Below are positions 23,340 through 28,626 of a stretch of DNA of 28,626 nt, piece after piece. Made by a program: the position numbers and the translations under genes. The stretch's first letter is position 1, and every line of letters starts with the position of its first letter. This stretch comes from Acidimicrobiia bacterium. Its GTDB lineage: Bacteria; Actinomycetota; Acidimicrobiia; IMCC26256; PALSA-610. Location of the stretch: the NCBI GenBank assembly GCA_035563695.1, contig DATMUX010000750.1:1-28626 (forward strand), given 5' to 3'. The notes under the pieces were generated by a model. It saw nothing but the letters and a program-made list of their open reading frames with translations. It searched no databases and was not told where the DNA came from.

Positions 23340-25544
23340 TCACGCCTCGGAGACTCCCTCAGTGAGATCGGTGACCGTTTCGTCGACGAGCAGGTTGCGA
23401 CGGAACTCGTTCACGTCGAACGTGATGCCGGTCCGGATGCTCTCTTGGGCGGCGAACATGCAGAGCGTCGCCAACGACGCATCCTCCCATCGGAGGAGAT
23501 GGTTCGGCTCCCCGCGGATCGCCTTCACGAACTCCTCGAGCTCCTCGGCGTGGCCCATCGACTTGCGCAGTCCCGACCCGTGCTTCTCGACGCTCCGTTT
23601 GTGGACCGTCAACTTCGCGAAATCGTCGAGTATCGCGATCTGGCCGCGGCCGAACACCGTCAGTCGCTCCCGCGGGAACTGCGCGGCCCCGCTCTCGCTG
23701 AACACGATCGTCGCCATCGCGCCGTCGTATTGCAGCGTGATCGCGAAGTTGCACAGCGTTCGCAGATCGTCCGGGGTGCGGCCGAGCGCCCGCCCGATCA
23801 CCGAGACCGGCCGGCGCCCGATGATGAGGTTGCACAAATCGATGAAGTGCTCGCCCTCGGTGATGAGCCGGCCGCCGCCGTCGACCGGGTCGAGCGTCCA
23901 ATGGTCGGCCGGCACGAAAGGCTGGGTCACGGTGTATTCGACGTAGTCGACGCTTCCGTCGATCGACGAGCGGAGCTGCTCGACCATCGGCGAGTAGCGG
24001 CGGTTGAGTCCGAGCGTCAGCAGGACAGGCGCATCTTCCATCAGCCGAGCGATCTCGCGGAAGTGATCGAGACGTGTGACCATCGGCTTCTCGACGAAGA
24101 TGGATTTTCCGGCTGCGATGGCGGCGCGCAGATGCTCGTAGTGCTCGGGCTGGCTCGAGCAGATCAAGACGCCGTCGGTTCCCGGATCGTCGAGCACGGC
24201 CGCCACGTCGGTCGTGACGAGCGTCGCACCGAGCGATCCCGCGAGCGCGGTGGCGTTACGCCCGGTCGCCGAGACGATGCCCCGAAGCTCGACGTCCTTC
24301 ATCGACCGCAGGTTCGGTACGTGCTTGCCGAGCACGTGATTCCCGAACCCGATGAGTGAGAGCCCGACGCGCCCGGCGCGCCGGGGGCGCGTGGCGACTT
24401 CGATGGTGGTGCGCGTGTCGGGCTCGGCACTGTACGAGATCAGTGCCGCGATACCCGGCAGTGTGCGATCGCGGATGGCGTCGAACGCGTCTTGCGCCTG
24501 ATCGATCTCGAACACTCCGCCGATCAGCGGCTCGAGATCTACCGCGCCCGTGGCGATCTGGCGTATGAACTCGGCGAGATTGCGCTGTTCGGTCCACCGC
24601 ACGTAGCCGAACGGGTAATCGATCCGACCCTTCTCGTAGCCGGTGTCGTAGCTGCCCGGACCGTACGCACGCGAGTACCGCAGGTCGATCTCGCGGTACA
24701 GGAAATTCTTCGGGTGGATGTCGAGACCGACATAGCCCACGATCACGACGCGGCCCTGGCGGCGCGTGATCTCCATGGACGAGTTGATGATGTCGGACGT
24801 GTCGGAGCTCGCGCAGATGATCGCGGCGTCGACTCCGTTCTTGTCGGTGAAGTCCTGGATGCGGCGCTTCCAGTCGGGGTCGGACGGGCTCACGACGAGC
24901 TGGACTCCGGCGGCCGTGGCGAGCTCGTTCGCCCGCGGGCTGATGTCGATGCCGATGACGACCGCGCCCGCCGCGAGCGCGATCCGCGCGCAGAGCTGGC
25001 CGACGAGACCGAGCCCGTACACGGCGACGACCTCGCCGAACTGGAGATCCGCGCGGCGCAGCGCCTGCGTTGCGATCCCGCCCACGGTGACGAAAGCGGC
25101 GTGGCGCAGGTCGACACCGTCGGGGACCGGGACGACGTGATTGATGCTCGGAGCCGTGACTTCGGCGTGCCCGGTAGCCGCATATGCAACCGCGTCGCCG
25201 ACCTGGAAACCTTCGACGCCGGCGCCCAGGGCCAGCACGGTTCCGGCGCCGCTGTAGCCGATTTCGCGCGGTGTGATCATCTCGTGCCAGACCCGGTTCG
25301 CGGTCTGACCGATACCGGTCGCGAAGACCGTCTGCTTGACGACATGACGCATCCACGGATCGGAGATCGTCTGTTTGACGAGCTCGATCGGCGTCTTCGA
25401 CAGCGTCGTCGCCTCGGTTCCCGAGCTGATGAGCGAGTAGCGGCTCTGCACGAGCAGCTGGTCGGGTCCGAGATGCGGGATCGGCAGTTCGAGCACGTTG
25501 ACGCGGCCTCGCCGGTCGATCACCCTGCGCACAACTTGTTTCAT
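23340..25544 (-). CDS. bi-domain oxidoreductase (MDR/Zn-ADH-like + Gfo/Idh/MocA)
   Basis: Start at ATG 25544 (AGGAG upstream). N-domain: SLISSGTE, GYSGAG, GLGLVG, SRAYGPGSYD. C-domain: IGFGNH, FVEKPM, GLNRRYSP, GGRLITEGEHFID; 734 aa. Confidence 0.9.
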   Translation of the reverse strand: MKQVVRRVIDRRGRVNVLELPIPHLGPDQLLVQSRYSLISSGTEATTLSKTPIELVKQTISDPWMRHVVKQTVFATGIGQTANRVWHEMITPREIGYSGAGTVLALGAGVEGFQVGDAVAYAATGHAEVTAPSINHVVPVPDGVDLRHAAFVTVGGIATQALRRADLQFGEVVAVYGLGLVGQLCARIALAAGAVVIGIDISPRANELATAAGVQLVVSPSDPDWKRRIQDFTDKNGVDAAIICASSDTSDIINSSMEITRRQGRVVIVGYVGLDIHPKNFLYREIDLRYSRAYGPGSYDTGYEKGRIDYPFGYVRWTEQRNLAEFIRQIATGAVDLEPLIGGVFEIDQAQDAFDAIRDRTLPGIAALISYSAEPDTRTTIEVATRPRRAGRVGLSLIGFGNHVLGKHVPNLRSMKDVELRGIVSATGRNATALAGSLGATLVTTDVAAVLDDPGTDGVLICSSQPEHYEHLRAAIAAGKSIFVEKPMVTRLDHFREIARLMEDAPVLLTLGLNRRYSPMVEQLRSSIDGSVDYVEYTVTQPFVPADHWTLDPVDGGGRLITEGEHFIDLCNLIIGRRPVSVIGRALGRTPDDLRTLCNFAITLQYDGAMATIVFSESGAAQFPRERLTVFGRGQIAILDDFAKLTVHKRSVEKHGSGLRKSMGHAEELEEFVKAIRGEPNHLLRWEDASLATLCMFAAQESIRTGITFDVNEFRRNLLVDETVTDLTEGVSEA

Positions 25545-25905
25545 CGAGAAAACGTCTCCTGTACCGCCGTCGGGCGTGCTATCCCCGTGATCGGCTGGGG
25601 TGCCACGTTCGTGGGCACGGTCACCCGGTGCGAATTCGCGCATCTCTAGCCACGTCACGGTAGCCCACCTCCCCTGTGAGGCCGGCTCGGGGCGGCGCTA
25701 CCGCACCGCCACCACGTCTTCCGACCGGCATACCGGTGTCGGTGCGCGGCCGCGTCCGGCCGCGAGATGCGCGAACAAGTGATCCGGGCGTGGGAGGAGA
25801 TCGCGCGCGACGAACCGGACTTCGTCGCGCGCGGGCCCGTGGAGATCCGTGGTACGTCGGCATGCGATTCGTCCCGTCGCGACGACCCTGTGCGAAACTT
25901 CTACG

Positions 25906-28032
25906 ATGGTCGGCAAGACCCACGACCTCGAGCGCGGGCAGCACGACCCGGATATCGAGCTCTCTCCGGCGCACACGGACCTCGAAGAGCCGAATCCGCG
26001 CTGGTCGAGCGGATCGGCTGATCCCACCTGGCTGCGAGCATTGGCCATCGTCGCGGCCGCGGGCGTACTGAGCTTCGGCGCGATCGGTCTCGCGCTGGCC
26101 GTCGCGGGCTGGTATCGCCCGTGGCTCGCGCTTCCTCTGGGCGCGGCTGCGACCACGGTGCTGGTCCTCATCGGTCGTGAGGCGCTGGCAAGTCCGGAAA
26201 CGACGGATCGGGCCGCGCATGTCGTCGCCGCGATCGGGGTGGCGGCCATCGTCGGTATCACCGCCTGGAACGCGTCGAACTCGGCGCATCACGTGCTCGT
26301 CAATCGAGACGGCGGATCGTACGACACCACCGGCCGGTGGATCGCGCGCCACGGCAACCTCCGATCCGCCCGGCCCGACGGGGTGTTCGCGAACGAACCC
26401 GCGCTCACGTACAACTCGTTCGCGGTGTTCCGGCAACCGGACGGATCACTCCAATTCCAGTCGGCACACCTCCTTCCTGCGTTGCTCGCCGAGGCCTACA
26501 ACGTCGGTGGCTCCCGATTGTTCTTCCACTTCCCTGCTCTGCTCTCCGGCGTGGCCTTGCTCTCGTTCTTCGTGTTGAGCTGGCGACTCTTTCGTCGCCC
26601 TCTGTATGCGCTATCCGCGATGCTCTGCCTCGCGTTCGTGCTGCCGCAGGTCTCGTTCTCGCGCGACAGCTACTCCGAGATCCCGACGCAGATCCTCCTG
26701 TTCACCGCGTTGTGGCTCATGGTCGGATCCCGACTCGTACCCAAATGGCGCGTGGCGCTGCTGGCCGGGCTGTTCCTCGGCGCGACCGAGGCAACGCGCA
26801 TCGACGCCATCGCCTATCTCATCGGCCTCCCGCTCCTGTTCGCGATCGCGCTCCTCGTCGCACAACCGGGCCGGGACCGCAACTCGGTGTGGATCTCGGT
26901 CGCTGCCTTCGTATCCGGCCTGACCGTCACCCTGGCGCTCGGCATCGTCGACTTGACCGTCCGCAGCCACGACTATTGGTCGGCACTGTCCGGGAGCGTG
27001 CGGAAGCTCTTCCTCGCGGTGCTGGCATCGCTCGCCGTCGCCGTCGTCGTGTACGTGCTGACCCCTCGTTTGAGAACACGCGTCCGCGCGTCGCAGATCC
27101 GAGCGGTCGCGAATGCCGGTGGCGCGCTGGTCTTGCTGGCCGGCGCGTTCCTGTGGTTCGTCCGGCCTTCGGCGCTCCAGATGCACTCGACCGTGAACCA
27201 GCTCGTCGTCGGCTTGCAGCGCGCCGAGGGCCGGACGATCGACGGCACCCGGTCGTACTACGAGCAGTCGATGCGCTGGATCACGTGGTACCTCGGACCG
27301 ATCGTCGTCGCGGCCGCGATCGTCGCGGCTGCGTTGCTCACGCGCGAGCTCCTCACCGGGCGATCGCGGCGAGCACTGGCGCCCGTGTTGGTGCTCGGGC
27401 CGGCCGCCGCGCTCTACATCTGGGATGCATCGGCCTCGCCCGATCACGTCTGGGTGGATCGACGATTCCTCGTGAGCGCGATTCCGCTGTTCGTGCTGCT
27501 GGCGTTCGGGCTCGCGGCTCGCCTCGCGGGCCGGAGAGGCAACTCGGCGGCGGCAACGACGACGCGCGTCGCCGCGCTCGTCTTCGCGATCTCGGCGGTC
27601 GCGTTCCCGCTGGCGACGCTGCGCGGCGTCTCGGCGATGACCGAGCAAACCGGGTTCTCGGCGACGGTCGACCAGGCGTGCGCCGCGTTCGGGCCGCGTG
27701 CCGCGGTCGTCGTCCTGTCGAGCCCGACGGGGCTGTTCGACCAGTGGACACCGCAGACCTTCCGGTCGTGGTGCGGGGCCGACGTGGCGATCCTGCGCGG
27801 TCCGCAACGCGAGGCCGTGCTGCAACGGCTCGCGACCCGTTCGGCCGCGCTCGGCCGCCCGCTCTATGTCGCGGCGGATGACCCCGCCACGATTCGGGCC
27901 GCGCTTCCCGACGCGCGGATCACGACGTTTGGACCGGCGACCAACAACCACCTGCTCGCGCGCACGCTCACTCGTCGACCTTCGAGCTACATCACCGAGC
28001 GGCTCGCGATCTCGGTCGCCCGCGTGAACTGA
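25906..28032 (+). CDS. GT-C-like polytopic membrane glycosyltransferase, paralogue C
   Basis: VNRDGGSYDTTGRWIAR, HLLPALLA, QVSFSRDSYSE, TRID, ASPDHVWVDRRFL. Start set at ATG 25906; 708 aa. Confidence 0.78.
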   Translation: MVGKTHDLERGQHDPDIELSPAHTDLEEPNPRWSSGSADPTWLRALAIVAAAGVLSFGAIGLALAVAGWYRPWLALPLGAAATTVLVLIGREALASPETTDRAAHVVAAIGVAAIVGITAWNASNSAHHVLVNRDGGSYDTTGRWIARHGNLRSARPDGVFANEPALTYNSFAVFRQPDGSLQFQSAHLLPALLAEAYNVGGSRLFFHFPALLSGVALLSFFVLSWRLFRRPLYALSAMLCLAFVLPQVSFSRDSYSEIPTQILLFTALWLMVGSRLVPKWRVALLAGLFLGATEATRIDAIAYLIGLPLLFAIALLVAQPGRDRNSVWISVAAFVSGLTVTLALGIVDLTVRSHDYWSALSGSVRKLFLAVLASLAVAVVVYVLTPRLRTRVRASQIRAVANAGGALVLLAGAFLWFVRPSALQMHSTVNQLVVGLQRAEGRTIDGTRSYYEQSMRWITWYLGPIVVAAAIVAAALLTRELLTGRSRRALAPVLVLGPAAALYIWDASASPDHVWVDRRFLVSAIPLFVLLAFGLAARLAGRRGNSAAATTTRVAALVFAISAVAFPLATLRGVSAMTEQTGFSATVDQACAAFGPRAAVVVLSSPTGLFDQWTPQTFRSWCGADVAILRGPQREAVLQRLATRSAALGRPLYVAADDPATIRAALPDARITTFGPATNNHLLARTLTRRPSSYITERLAISVARVN

Positions 28033-28040
28033 CGCCGCGG

Positions 28041-28625
28041 TCAGCGGCTCCGCCGCCGGTGCATCACATCACTTGCCCACCGCATGGGCGCGGTGATCCG
28101 CCACGACGTCGACGCTCGCAAGGCCGCGGCCTCGCCTTCGCGCGCGTGGAGCTCGTTCTGCATCGTCACGACCTGCTCGCGTAGCCCGGACAGCTGCGCC
28201 TCGGCGACGTTGGGATCGAAACCGGCCGCGCCGACGGCCCGCCGCGACACCTCCTCTTCGATCGCGGGCGCCAGACGTTCGAACCGGCAGATCAAATCGC
28301 TCGGCCGGCCGTTGACGAACTGCCGCTGCACACTCTTGTAGATCGCGTGATCGTCGTCGATCGCGAACAGCCCCACGCCCGGGGAGTAGTCGTACACGAA
28401 CGGGAACAGCGCTCGCACTTCCGCGATGAAGTCGGCCGGCAGCGTGTTCGCGAACGTGGTGATCGTGAAGAAGTTCATCTCGGCCACGACAGTGGGCTCG
28501 AACCGCGCGAGCGTCTTGCCTGCTCCTCGCAGCGCCGGCAGTTCGTGGCCCTCGATGTCGAGCTTGACGAGATCGACGCGATCGAGTCCGAGCCGATCGA
28601 CGATGGCGTCGATCGGCTCGGCCGG
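28041..28625 (-). CDS. 5'-truncated FkbM-family methyltransferase with a C-terminal coiled coil
   Basis: The frame is open to the window edge: ...DRVDLVKLDIEGHELPALRGAGKTL..FEPTVVAEMN..., ending LREQVVTMQNELHAREGEAAALRASTSWRITAPMR. Confidence 0.85.
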   Translation of the reverse strand, partial: PAEPIDAIVDRLGLDRVDLVKLDIEGHELPALRGAGKTLARFEPTVVAEMNFFTITTFANTLPADFIAEVRALFPFVYDYSPGVGLFAIDDDHAIYKSVQRQFVNGRPSDLICRFERLAPAIEEEVSRRAVGAAGFDPNVAEAQLSGLREQVVTMQNELHAREGEAAALRASTSWRITAPMRWASDVMHRRRSR

Positions 28626-28626
28626 G

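Noticed and set aside
241-27951. Numerous long overlapping ORFs rich in Arg/Ala/Gly/Pro (e.g. 1782-3359, 4191-6254, 14179-15936, 26337-27881)
   Set aside because: These are shadow frames of real genes caused by the scarcity of stop codons at high GC. They show no domain motifs.
1-28626. Mobile elements, integrases, tRNA insertion sites, defence systems
   Set aside because: No transposase, recombinase, tRNA or defence-gene motifs were seen.

Overview
High-GC actinobacterial DNA, most likely class Acidimicrobiia. This is inferred from the GYW..SDGG.F.FG repeat tails and the TAnnnT leaderless promoters. The window is a cell-envelope and surface-glycan region. From left to right it holds: two converging secreted proteins that share a C-terminal repeat module (a Phi-1/EXORDIUM-like domain + 2 FN3, and a Tat-exported Zn amidase); a 3xGT4 + Rmd-like operon; a 44-bp palindromic tandem array; an alpha/beta-hydrolase lacking its nucleophile; DUF1802; four GT-C-like polytopic membrane proteins, three of them paralogues; a DPM-synthase-like GT2; a six-gene minus-strand tailoring module (bi-domain oxidoreductase, alpha/alpha-barrel protein, 2 SAM methyltransferases, DUF354, AsnB-like amidotransferase); and a truncated FkbM methyltransferase. 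The most unusual element is intergenic. At about 11287-11504 (minus strand) there is a candidate independently promoted and terminated ~220-nt structured RNA. Its 5' end can pair over 19 nt with the consensus 16S rRNA 3' tail, is folded back by a perfect 11-bp internal stem, and precedes a 13-codon ORF. All assignments come from motif reading only; no database searches were run.
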